The position numbers and the translations under genes are program-made. 64,000 nucleotides of DNA from Carcharhinus amblyrhynchos. Its lineage: Eukaryota. The notes under the pieces were generated by a model. That model saw nothing but the letters and a program-made list of their open reading frames with translations. It searched no databases and was not told the origin of the DNA. Below, piece after piece: positions 51,930 to 63,126 of the stretch. The DNA lies in assembly GCA_965287045.1 (NCBI GenBank), contig OZ336882.1, positions 73,780,001 through 73,844,000 on the forward strand, written 5' to 3'. Position 1 is the first letter of the stretch, and every line of letters starts with the position of its first letter.

Positions 51930-53310
51930 AAGTGGATTATAGATTTTGGGGATATTGCACAAGAGATTGTTAGCTAAAGTGGAAGCTGATGGAAATGAAG
52001 TTGACACAGATGGGAACTTGGTTGAGCAACAGTAAACAGAGAATTGTAATAATGTTTGAGTACTAAAATTGGGAGGATTTGACTAATAGCGTCCCGTAGG
52101 GTTCTATCTTGGGGTCTCAATTATTTACAATATGCAAAAACTGCTTAGATAATGGCATAAAAAAACTCAAATACCCAAATTTATGGATGGCACAATTGGG
52201 CAGCTTTGTAGATCATGTTGAGGACAGCATAAAATGACAACAGCTTTTTTGATAGATTTGGTAAATTAGGTAAGTGGTAAATGGGTTTCAATCCATCCAA
52301 GTGTGAGGTTATCCAATTCAGATTGTAGAAGGATAGAGGAGTGTTTGTTTTTTTCAGAAGGGACAAAATTAAATTCAATGGATGTCCAACAAGATTTGGT
52401 AGCCCAAGTGCATTGCTTGTTAAAATACCACGAACAGAACGCTGGTCTTCGTATCTAAACAATTCAAGAATAGGGATGCAGATTTTATGCTGCAGTTGTA
52501 AAAAACTAGTTAGGCTCCACTTAGAATATGTGAGCAGGTTTAGGTACCACACCTCAGGATTTTTTTAAAGTTTATTTATTAATATCGCCAGTAGGGTTAC
52601 ATTAGTGCTGCAATGAAGTTACTATAAAAATGCTCTAGTCACATCACACTCCAGCGCCTGTTCAGGTACAATGAAGGAAAAATTAGCATGATAAATGCAT
52701 CTTACTAGCACATCTGTCGGACTGTGCGAGGAAACCACAGCACCCGGAGGAAACAAACAGAAACACGGGAAGAATTTGCAAACTCCATACATACAGTCAA
52801 CAAAGGCTGAAGGACCCAACCTGGTTCCCTTGAGCTCCATGCGGGGCGTTCAATGCAAGTTTGCAAGAATGATAAGTTAACCCTTGAAGTCCAGATAAGA
52901 AGAGAGATTAGACAAATTATGCCTTTGCTCTCTCAAATTCAGAAAGTTGAGAGGTAAAGTCTACAAAATATTTACAAGGAAGGACAGAATGCATAAGGAT
53001 TGTCTGCTTCCACTGGTTGAGGGGTCTATAGTCTACAAATTATGGCCAAACCGTTCAGGAGAGATATTAGAAACATTTCTACACACGGAGAATGGTGGAG
53101 GAGTGGAACTCTTCTTCAAATGTCAGTGGACCATCGTTCAGTTATTAGTTTATTATGAGATAGACAAATGTTTAGTGAGTAGGTGTATCGAGGGTTAGAG
53201 GCCTAAGGCAAGTACATGGAGTTAAGCCACAGATCAGCCAGGATCTAATCGAATGGTGGAGCGGGATAAGGGGCTGAATAGCCCATTCCTACATCGATGT
53301 TCCTTTGTTC
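51930..53310 (+). mobile_element. Old CR1 with a nested minus-strand V-SINE (~52565-52830)
   Basis: CR1 RT and 3' tail remnants; SINE shows AAAGTTTATTTATT tail and GAAACCACAGCACCCGGAGGAAAC. Confidence 0.75.
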
Positions 53311-54666
53311 CAAAGATAGGGTGGAGCTGCAGTGCTCTGGAAGTTTAAAGATACATAGAGAAGTGAGATCCTGGTGGGTTTTGAAAGCAAACATAAGCGT
53401 ATTTAATTTGAGATATCAATAAAAATGAAAATGTGTATCGTTGTGAGTAAAGAGAATGCTTGTAAAATGGGATTCGGTGCCATTTTAATCAGAATTTGAT
53501 GCAGCCGAGGTTATGGAGGGTGGAAGTCGGAGACTGGTCATCATTGTGTTGGAATAATCGAGTCTGGATGTAGCAATGAAATGGATGAGGGTTACCACAG
53601 CGAATATACTGAAAGAGGGAGACAGTCAGGCAGCGTTATTGAGATGTAAAAGATGGCGTTGCAACTATACGATTGGGGGCTAACTATCAGCTGTCTTCAC
53701 ACCGGAAAAGAGAAGAAAGCAGAAACAGTTTTCAGAGGGTGGGGCTGCAGATCATTCACCAACTAAGGCTAATAGTCTCCTCCAAATAAACACACTTTTT
53801 TCTTCCCTCGATTTATCTGACCTCTTCCTCCGCCACTACCTCACGCTGGCTGGCAAACTCCGCCACCGGTCTCTGCTGCCCACCCATGCCCCTCGCTGGG
53901 CTTGTCCAGATGTGACAACGAAGACATCTAGTCTTGGCCTACAGTGTTGGAGGAGATGTGGGGAGAAGGGGGCTGGTGAGAGAAAGGCAGATTCCAGTGA
54001 CAAATCTGGAGAATCGCAATGGCCAGAGATTCAATAAATTGTTGTTATCAGTTACTACCTAGATTGACAAATTATACATTGTCAACAAGTGTTTTCCAAC
54101 ATCACAGTGTTCTTCCTTCGAAGGATTTTTTTTGTTGACAAAATTTGAGAAGCTGGGAATCGAACTAGCAGAGATATAGGAGAGACTGTGTCTGATGCAT
54201 CCCTTTCTAATCTTCAGGCCTTTTCTCTGACTATCCTCCTGGCTTCTTAATGTCCGCTCCTCCAAATGTCAATTCTTGTCCCTTGGTCACTACTTTCCTG
54301 TCCGTTGATTCCTCCTGTTAACTTACTTCCTGGGATTCGCATGCCATCTCTCACCATTGTTCCACTTCCCTTTGTTTTGTGTGACTCCGACTGCAGAGTT
54401 ACTGCAGGTCGTCCAAAAGTTTGATTGTGTTTGTCCCACTGCACATTATTGTGTGGCATTGCTTCTGCTCACTTCTGTCCGGTCCTCTGAATGCCTGTCC
54501 TTGCTTCTGATTCGCTATTCTTCTAAGTATAAGATACCTGCTGCTAATTTTGTTATGACCCCTCTCTCCCTGTTCCCTCTGAGCCATTGTTGAAACATTC
54601 AAGATGTTTCCTGCTTCTCCAGGCCCTTTTGCTCTGGCCCTCCTGTGTTTTTTTGCCACTTAATAC

Positions 54667-55509
54667 TTATTTATTCTTTATTGATTTGACAAGTAATGTA
54701 AATGGACATTTTACTACATTCTTCAACTGCTCTCTGAATTTCGACTGAGTCACCACGTAAATCAGTGTGTTTGTGCAGCAACTTAAATTCTGCAGCATGT
54801 ATGTGACATTTTCAAAGTTGTAAGAAGAATAATCATCTAAGTGATCAAGAACATCAAAAAAAAGTACACAAACCAGAGGAGTATGAAACTGCCCGATATG
54901 GTGAAGAATAAAATGATAGACTTCCTTCTGCTCTCCATCTCTGGATCACCGTGATTGTCTGCTCAGTCCTTTAAGGATTCTATTGGCTATTAGAATATGC
55001 CTAACTGTCAGAGCATTGAATAACAAAATTAAAATGAACAGGAGCAATGGCATTAAAACTTTCTCAAAATATCCAAATCCAATCCATCTAGGGTCCCTGA
55101 AATAACTAGGCTTATTACTACAAAGCCATGGTACATTATCAATAATCCATCTTGGTTTAAATGTAAAGTAGATGGGAATATTTTTTAAACACAGCAAAGT
55201 GCCAGTTGTTCCTAGGACCACAGATGCAAGCTTGGTGCAGTATTTAGATTTTAACTTCTTACTACAAATGGCGACAAATCGGTCAAAAGTGAAAGTGACT
55301 GTGAACCAGACAGAGCAGTCTGTGGCTGCATGCAGCATAACATAGCGAACAGTACACACAGGAGTGATTCTCAGGAAATTTGGTGGGAAATAATAATCAT
55401 TGATTCGGTTCAGTATAACCTCAGTGATAATGATCAGGAAATCCGCCACTGCCATGGCCACCAGGTAGTGAGCTGTGCAGATGGAGAGGTCGCACTTTCC
55501 ACGACACAA
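54667..55509 (-). pseudogene. GPR139/GPR142-like GPCR pseudogene (gene 4)
   Basis: LCRGKCDLS, YLVAMAVAD, FTFDRF, PWLC. A 14-nt deletion in ICL3 gives TGA at 54946; a second frameshift lies in the T8 run (54856-54863). The C-terminus MLQNLSCCTNTLIYVVTQSKFRE ends at TAA 54667. TM1 and exon 1 are missing. Confidence 0.92.
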
Positions 55510-55511
55510 TT

Positions 55512-56305
55512 GTCGGGCTCCCAGCTTTTGGCATCATAAAGAGTTTAACATACCAGCAGCCCCGGATTCAAAATCCAATAATGAACTGATAGATTTGGCA
55601 GTGAAACACCATGTCCCCAAACCGCGTGTTGCATTACAGCATTCCAGCTTTAACATGGCAAATACACTTTCTGGGGAAGCAGTTATGGAAATCTTGATCA
55701 GATTGCAGAAGTTGTTGAAACACTTGGGTATGGGCTAGCACTTCCTGAAATGTTAAGAGACCGCTTAGTATGTGGAATAAATAATGGAACAACTGAAAGG
55801 AAGCTAGTGATTGAGCCAAATATGGATATTAAGAAAGCCATAGAACTAGCCTTTCTGATGAAAATGCAGAGGATGGGTCTCAGGGGCTTCAGGGATCCAC
55901 AGACAATACTGTCCTCATCCGTGGAGGCCCCTCTACCACAGAACCAAGTCATCAGCTGATAACACTCATATTTCCAATTTGTTGACAAAGAAGGACATTT
56001 GGACAAGGAGGCGACGAGATTCCAGAACTGGATGGGAGATTTTTTTTCCTCCCACAGTGCAATGAAAAGCAAGCACATCTATACTGTACTTACCGTCATA
56101 AGGTCTGCCTCAGGCAAGGCTAACAAAACTGGCAAAATGCCCAAACCAAAGGGTGAAGTCACCTCAAGACAGGGCTTTGCAAATTTATCAGCCAGAGGAT
56201 GAGGAATTGATGCAATTAACTTGCATTGTTGCACCCCAAGCGGCCCCAATCCAGATTCAACGCCAGCTAAATGCCAGTCCCTGGATATGGAGGTAGGCAC
56301 AGGTC
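55512..56305 (+). mobile_element. Gypsy/Ty3 gag-protease internal fragment, degenerate
   Basis: MLRDRLVCGINN...KKAIELA (gag) and LDMEVGTG (degenerate DTG protease motif). Confidence 0.8.
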
Positions 56306-56379
56306 TCAAAGGCCCAGGTATCTCTCCCTCTCTCTCCCGCTCTTTCCTCTCCCCTCCTTTCTCCCTCCAGAGCACCCCA

Positions 56380-57550
56380 TTCACTCCACATTAAGGGGAG
56401 CATGCCTCCTATCATGTTCCCGCACCCCCGCCCTTCCATTTCATGAGTCACATCATTATCACTGGCTGGGTGTAGCACTTCCCTAAATGGCACCATCTTT
56501 GCAGGTGGCAGGGTTCTTCAGGGGCTGCCGCTACACCGTTACCCTTTCAATTATTGACCACTTGCCTGGGGGTGAAGTGTTACACCCACACAAACATGAC
56601 CATCAAGACATGCATAAAGACAGTGCCCAGGGTTCTCAGCCCCTTGGTCATTGTCACTGCCTCAAAGATGAACGGCAAGACCATATTATTTTCAAAGGCT
56701 GAGCAGACAGTCTATCTTGCCCTTGAAAAGGGGCTCATGGCGGGTTGGGTCTTTCTGGTCATGGACTCTTCGGAGACCAGTGCCCAAGGATTTAATACAT
56801 ACAATGCCCCACCCTTCAACCCCATAGATCTCCTCCTCCCCTACCTCCATGAACTGGGGAAGATTAAATCCAATGTGTTCCAATTCCAAACAGCCTGAAG
56901 GAAACCTCCCTCAGGCACATCTACTCCATCCGCAACCAGGTTTTCATCTGGCTAGCCCAGGGAGGGGGGTAGGCGGGGGGATAGGTGCACCTGGAAGGGA
57001 GGCTTCAATGTTGCCCATGCAGGGTTCAAATACTGTCTTCTGGTTGACAGGCAGTGTGTGGAGCCAGACACTCAAGGAGGTGGGCGACGCTTTACCTGCC
57101 TCCAAAGCCACTGATGTCATTGTAGCAGTCCTAGCCCAGAGGCTTGCTCCATCCAGAGCAACTTTGCACCCCAGTTGCATTCCTTTATAGATCGCCAGGG
57201 AGGCTGCAGGGGTACATTGTCACTTGGGTCTCTGGGTGGTGGTGGTGGTGAGGAGGGCCTCCTCGTCTTTCCATTTCAGACGCTAGCACTGAGCACACCT
57301 GTCCCACAACCAGAGGTTTCTCCGGACTCCCAGGGTGACCAGATGTCTGAGACAAAGCATTATTCTAAGTTGCCAATGCCCTCTGAGCCAGAGACCAGAG
57401 AGTTACCAAAAGAGAGCGCCTTCTGCATCGTTCCTGGGGCTAGTTGGTAGGTCCAAGCTGCCTGACATACTCACTACCGTAGTAGACTCAGATCTGTTGA
57501 CGGCCCAGAGGATGGCTGCTCGATTGTGGACACAGGGGATGATTTGGAGT
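56380..57550 (+). mobile_element. Tx1/L1-clade ORF1 fragment
   Basis: GVKCY...IVTASKMNGKTILF...ALEKGL...NAPPFNP.DLLLPYLHELG resembles Tx1-type ORF1 proteins. Confidence 0.65.
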
Positions 57551-57641
57551 TAGTGAGACCATATGACATAGGAGCAGAATTAAGACACTCAGCCCATTGA
57601 GTCTGCGCCACTATTCAATTACGGCTGATATTTTTCTCATC

Positions 57642-57890
57642 ATGTGGATATGCTGGCGTTGGACTGGGGTAAACACAGTAAAAAGTCTGACAACACCAGG
57701 TTTAAGACCAACCGATTTATTTGATAGTAAATTCACTAGCTTTCGAGGTTACCTTCTTCGTCAGGTAAATGGAGAGTTCTCTCTCCATTTACTCTCCATT
57801 CACCTGACAAAGAGGGTAACCTCGAAAGCTAGTGAATTTACTATCAAATAAATCAGTTGAAGTTAAACCTGGTGTTGTCAGACTTTTTAC
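57642..57890. mobile_element. Fold-back Penelope-derived mini-element, 13-bp TSD
   Basis: TATTTTTCTCATC at 57629-57641 and 57891-57903; inverted arms of about 100 bp. Confidence 0.9.
57731..57770 (-). ncRNA. Minimal type I hammerhead ribozyme motif
   Basis: ATTTAC-CTGACGA-A-GAAG-GTAA-CCTC-GAAA-GCT-A-GTGAAT: stem I, core, stem II, palindromic AGCT stem III, CUA cleavage triplet. Confidence 0.7.
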
Positions 57891-59076
57891 TATTTTTCTC
57901 ATCCCCATTTTCCTGTCTTTTTCCCCATAAACCCTGATCCCATTTTTATCAAGAACCCATCTATCTCTGTCTTAAAGACACTCAACGGCCTGGCCTCCAC
58001 TGCTAGTGCAGTAAAAAAGTTCCACAGATTCACCACTCTCTGGCTGAAGAAATTCCTCCTCATCTCCATTTTAAAGGATCATGCCTTTAACCTGAGGCTG
58101 TGCCCTCTTGTTCCAGTTTTTCCTACTAGTGGAAACATCCTCTCCATGTCCATTCTACCCAGGCCTCTCAGTACCCTGTAAGTTTCAATAAGATCCCCCC
58201 TCATCCTTTTCAACTCCAACGAGTACAGACCCAGAGTCCTCAACCGTTCCTCACATGACAAGGTCTTCATTCCAGGGATCATTCTTGTGAACCTCCTCTG
58301 GATGCTTTTCAAGGCCAGCCCATCCTTCCTTAGATATGGGGCCCAAAACTGCTCACAACACAAGAAATGGGGTGTGGCCAGAGCCTTATACAGCTTCAGA
58401 TGTACATCCTGCTCTTGTATTCTCTCGACATGAATGCTGACATTGCATTTGCCTTCCTAATTGCTGACTGAACAATCTTAAGAGAACCTTGAACAAGGAC
58501 TCCCAAATCCCTTTGTGTTTCTGATTTCCTAAGTATTTTCCCATTTAGAAAGTAGTCTATGCCTCCATTCCTCCTTCCAATGTGCATACCTTCAGTTTCC
58601 CCAGAAGTTTCTCCAGTGTGATGGCAACTACACCCATCTGTGTTCCCTGACTCTCCTGGAGTTCCGGCATCCCACTGGTGTCTTCCACTATGAAGACTGA
58701 TGCAAAGCAACTATTCAGTTCCTCTGCTTTTTCTTTGTTTCCTATTATTATTTCTGCAGCCTCATTTTCCAGTGGTCCAATGTTTATCTTTGCCTCTCCC
58801 TTAGCTTTTATATATTGAAAAAAAAAACTCTTCTCAGCTTCGTTTATATTACCAGCTAGCTTAAACTTATATTTCATCTTCTCCCCCCCTTAATGCTTTT
58901 TTAATTGTCTTCTGTTTGCTTTTAAAGGTTTCCCAATCCATTGGTTTCCCAGCAATCCTTGACACTCTGTATGCTTTTTCTTTTGCTTTTATGCTGAGCA
59001 ATGCACACCCCCCCCCAATCATGTCAGTTAATGGCAGAGGACGTCATCCAACACGACTCTGTGCCCCTCTTCCATG

Positions 59077-59294
59077 AAATAAGTCTCACAACAGCAGGAT
59101 TAAGTCCAACAAGTGTATTTGATAGTAAAGCTACAAGCTTTTGGAAATGCTGTTCTTTGCACACACCTGACAAAGGAACAGCGTTTCCTAAAGCTTGTGG
59201 CTTTACTATCAAATAAACTTATTGGACTTTAACCTGGTGCTGTGAGACTTCTTACTGTGTTTACTCCAGTCCAACACCGGCATCTCCACATCAT
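59077..59294. mobile_element. Older fold-back Penelope-derived mini-element
   Basis: Inverted arms around ~59160; decayed hammerhead CTGACAAAGGAACAGCGTTTCCTAAAGCTT; imperfect flanking repeat CCCTC..CCATG. Confidence 0.8.
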
Positions 59295-59947
59295 GGTCCC
59301 TCCCCCATGGCCGCACTCGCAATCTGGTGCCCCTGGAGAGGGCACCATTGAAGGCTTCCATTTCCGTTAGGCATTGTAGGAACTGAGGCGTATTGTTGAC
59401 TGTCTTAAACACATTTAGTTTTAATGCTTTAAGTTTCCTTTCTGCTCTGTTATTCTTTCAGCTGATTCCCTTCTTTGGGGACTGCCCTTCTTGTTTTGTC
59501 CCTTAGTTTGTATAATTAAGTTCAATTCATTTATCCAGAAAGAAAGTTGGGACTTGTGCATTTCCACCATGGAGTAGTGGTTTTATTTCATGTTTATCAA
59601 TACTGAACCTTTCCAGTCAGACTCTCTGAGTTATTATACAATCTTATGACCAGGTCAGAACCATTCCAAGGTAACATAATAATTTTATGACCCTCTCCAG
59701 ACTTGTAAGGGAACAATACTATTTAGATGGAAGTTCAACTTCATAAATTTCCACTTTTATTAAATTCTGTGACCACTTCCACAAATTTGTGAGGTGCCAG
59801 TGTTACTTACATATCAGGGTTCAAAAAAATCTGTTTTTATTGACGTCTATAAGCCCTGGGCTACGTCATACTATACCCAATGTGGATTGAAACTGATTTT
59901 TGCAAAGAGAATCTTTTTACGAATGATGAGTCAAGATATTTACATAC

Positions 59948-60190
59948 CCTGACTAAAAGCAGTAAAACAGTACCTTTCTTTCGGCACTGATCTGCAATCC
60001 TAGGCACTTCATTGTTTGTGGAGAGAATTTTGGCAACTTCCTTCCAAGCTTTAGATTGTATCTTTCTCAGTGGCTTTGATTTTCCACAGTGAAAAACATG
60101 GGTCTTCCTTTGCTCCACTTCACATAATAACATGTCCAAATACTTTTTAGGTAAATTCTGAGTGCTTGTCTTCTCAGCTGGATTTTCAAA
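59948..60190 (-). mobile_element. Myb/SANT-like (trihelix) DNA-binding exon, probably Harbinger/PIF ORF2 remnant
   Basis: LDMLLCEVEQRK...AWKEVAKIL...R.ADQCRKK followed by AGG|GTATGT; 5' side cut by a CR1 tail. Confidence 0.7.
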
Positions 60191-60821
60191 GAACATAGAA
60201 CGAAGAACAAAGAAAATTACAGCACAGAAACAAGCCCTTCGGCCCTCTAAGCCTGCACCTACCATTCTGTTCAACTGAACTAAAACATCCTACTCTTCCG
60301 GCGACCACATCCCTCTATTCCCATCCTATTCATGTATTTGTCCAGACACCCCTTAAAAATCACTATCATATCTGCTTCAATTACCTCACCCGGCAGCAAG
60401 TTCCAGACACCCACCACCCTCTGTGTAAAACAAAAACTTGCCTCGTACATCTCCTTTAAACCTTGCCCCGCACTTCTTAAACCTATGCCCTCTAGTAATT
60501 GACTCTTCCACCCTGGGAAAAAGCTTCTATCAACCCTGTCCATGCCCCTCAGGATCTCGTACATTTCTATCACGTCACCCCTCAACTTCCATTCTTCCAG
60601 TGAGAACAAACCAAGTTTCTTCAATCTCTCCTCAAAGCTAATGCCCTCCATACCAGGCAACATCCTGGAAAATCTTCTCTGTACCCTCTCCAAAGCTCCA
60701 CATCCTTGTGGTATTGTGGCGACCAGAATTAAACACCTTATTCCAAGTGTGGCCTAATTCAGGTTCTATAAAACTGCAACATGACTTGCCAATTTTTAAA
60801 CTCAATGCTCCAACCAATGAA

Positions 60822-61030
60822 GTGGGTATGCCGGCGTTGGACTGGTGTAAACACAGTAAAAAGTCTGACAACACCAGGTTTTAGTCCAACCTATTTATTT
60901 GATAATATACTCGCAAGCTTTCGGGTTAGCCCCTTCGTCAGCTGACTCTCCATTCACCTGACGAAGGGGCTAACCCGAAAGCTTGCGAGTATATTATCAA
61001 ATAAATAGGTTGGACTAAAACCTGGTGTTG
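60822..61030. mobile_element. Young fold-back Penelope-derived mini-element, 13-bp TSD, perfect 75-bp inverted repeat
   Basis: TCCAACCAATGAA at 60809-60821 and 61031-61043; arms 60867-60941 and 60958-61032 are exact reverse complements. Confidence 0.93.
60952..60990 (+). ncRNA. Minimal type I hammerhead ribozyme motif
   Basis: ATTCAC-CTGACGA-A-GGG-GCTAA-CCC-GAAA-GCT-T-GCGAGT; the same core occurs on the minus strand at 60909-60941. Confidence 0.7.
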
Positions 61031-61049
61031 TCCAACCAATGAAAGCAAG

Positions 61050-61697
61050 TGTTGTAGGTAAAAAGACACCTCTGAGATTATTAGTGAGTCAAAATACAGT
61101 AGGTTTGATTTCCAAAGCTTTTGGGACAGACCTGACCCCTAACAATGGTTTACCAGGCTTCTCACTGAACACAAATAATTGTGGGTATTTATACATCATG
61201 ATTCTCAGCACCAGTCATGATGCAAACACTGGTATCAGTTAGGACTCACAACATTTCCATTTCTAGCCAAGATGCAGCCCTTGGCTTCAACCAGGACTTG
61301 CAGCCTGTCTGACAGCTTCAATCATGATGCAGGCATTGGTACCATTGCGAATCACAGCCTGCCTATCGGCTTCAGCAGCTTCTCCATTGAAGTAACTTGT
61401 GTGGTCGTGGCTTCCCAGCAGGAGTCCTCGCATTCTTACATCTGCAGCATTAAGTATGCTTAACTAATACGAACAGGTAAGGTTTGCAATGTCTGCAAAA
61501 TAACATTCACATTTAACTATCTGTCTTTAAGGAAATGAAAGTTAATGAAAGGCATGAACAAGTAAGGAAAAAAAAATAATTTATATTGATGCCAGGAGCA
61601 GTACAAGCTTGAGGTGATCAGCCATGAGGAAGGGTTATGTTTGTGATATACGCTAGGTACAAAATGTATTAAATTCATTAACCCTCCTCCTACTTCA
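61050..61697. mobile_element. Solo LTR (648 bp)
   Basis: TG...CA termini, imperfect terminal inverted repeat TGTTGTAGG/CCTACTTCA, 5-bp TSD GCAAG (61045-61049, 61698-61702). Confidence 0.85.
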
Positions 61698-62314
61698 GCA
61701 AGCATGTCGTATGCCTTCTTTACTATCTTCTCTACCTGCGTTGGCATTTTCAGTGACCTATGTACTTGTATACAGTTTCCTGTGCCTATCAATATTCTTA
61801 GGGGTTCTGCCATTTACTGTATATTTCCTATCTATATTAGAGCTTCCAAAGTGCATCACCTCAATTTGTCCAGATTAAACTCCATCTGCTATCTTTCCAC
61901 CCAAGCCTTCAACCGATCTATATCCTGCTCTATCCTCTGTTGGTCCTCATTACTATTCGCAAATCCACCGACCTTTGTGTCATCCACAAACTTACTGATC
62001 AAACCAGTTACATTTTCCTCCATATCATTTATATACACTACAAACAGCAAAGGTCCCAGTACTGATCCCTGAGGAATGCCACTACTCACAACCCTCTATT
62101 CAGAAATACACACTTCCACAGCTACCCTCTGTCTTCTATGACCGAGCCCTTTCTGTATCCACTTTGCCAGCTCACCTCTGATCCCATGCGACTTCACCTT
62201 CTGCACCAGTGACCATATTCTAAATTAAAATATATAAACACTTTTAAGCATTAAAATGACTTGCAAAATGTGGTACACACTTAAATGGTAGCTTCAGATT
62301 TAAAATAATAACTA

Positions 62315-62612
62315 GGGCAGCACAATGGTTTGTACTGCTGCCTCACAGCACCAGGATCCTAGGTTCCATTCCTGGCTTGGGTCACTGTTTGTGCAGAGTC
62401 TGCACGTTTTCCCTCTGTCTGTGTGGGTTTCCTCTGGGTGCTCTGGATCCATCTCAGTCTGAAAGATATGCTGGTTAGGTGCATTGACCATGCTAAATTC
62501 TCTCTCAGTATACCTGAACAGGTGCTTGTGTATGGCGACTCAGGGATTTTCACAGCAACTTCATTGCAGTGTTAATGTAAACCTACTTGTCACACTAATA
62601 AATAAACTTTAA
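62315..62612 (+). mobile_element. V-SINE with HE1-like head and V-domain and an alternative tail
   Basis: ACTGCTGCCTCACAGCACCAGG...GGGTTTCCTCTGGGTGCTC...AATAAATAAACTTT; same type as 52565-52830. Confidence 0.8.
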
Positions 62613-62771
62613 ATGTATGCTCTCGTATAAATATTAAATAATAGACATCTTCAAGTATAAAAAATAAAGTTGTGAGCATTTCACAAAAGAACAAAAAAAA
62701 GTTCAAAATTCCAACTTGCCTTCAAAACAGTTGTGATACCTATTTTTTCTGCGGTCTTCAATTAAAAAAAA

Positions 62772-63126
62772 ATGAGGATGGCCTCAACCAGGATCTTGCT
62801 TTCAAGTCATACTATCTGTAAACCCCATGAATTGCCTGGGCTTGAAAAATCTAACTAACTGTCCTGGCTGGAGACAATTCACATCTCTTTAACTTGTATT
62901 TAACCCTCTTTCACTCATATTGTAAAGACTTGATTACCTGTTAAGACTCACATTCCAACCATTACCTTATAATTGAGTTTGTGTCTATATATGTCCTACT
63001 TGTGAACCAAACCCTTCACTCACCTGATGAAGGGGCAACACTCCAAATAAAACTTTTGGACTTTAACGAGGTGTTGTGAGACTACTTATTGTGCCTATCC
63101 CAGTCCAATGCCACCAACTCCACATC
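62772..63126 (+). mobile_element. Penelope-like 3' end (GIY-YIG C-terminus and pLTR; hammerhead partly deleted)
   Basis: EDGLNQDLAFKSYYL*; CACTCACCTGATGAAGG; homologous to 29935-30290. Confidence 0.82.

Larger units (their letters stand above)
57560..59000 (-). mobile_element. CR1 LINE with an internal deletion; tail interrupted by a Penelope fold-back
   Basis: EQFWAPYLRKD...MRGDLIETY; YKFKLAGNI. Confidence 0.9.
60190..62215 (-). mobile_element. CR1 LINE interrupted by a Penelope fold-back and a solo LTR
   Basis: [33 protein letters not shown]; tail at ~60190. Confidence 0.92.
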
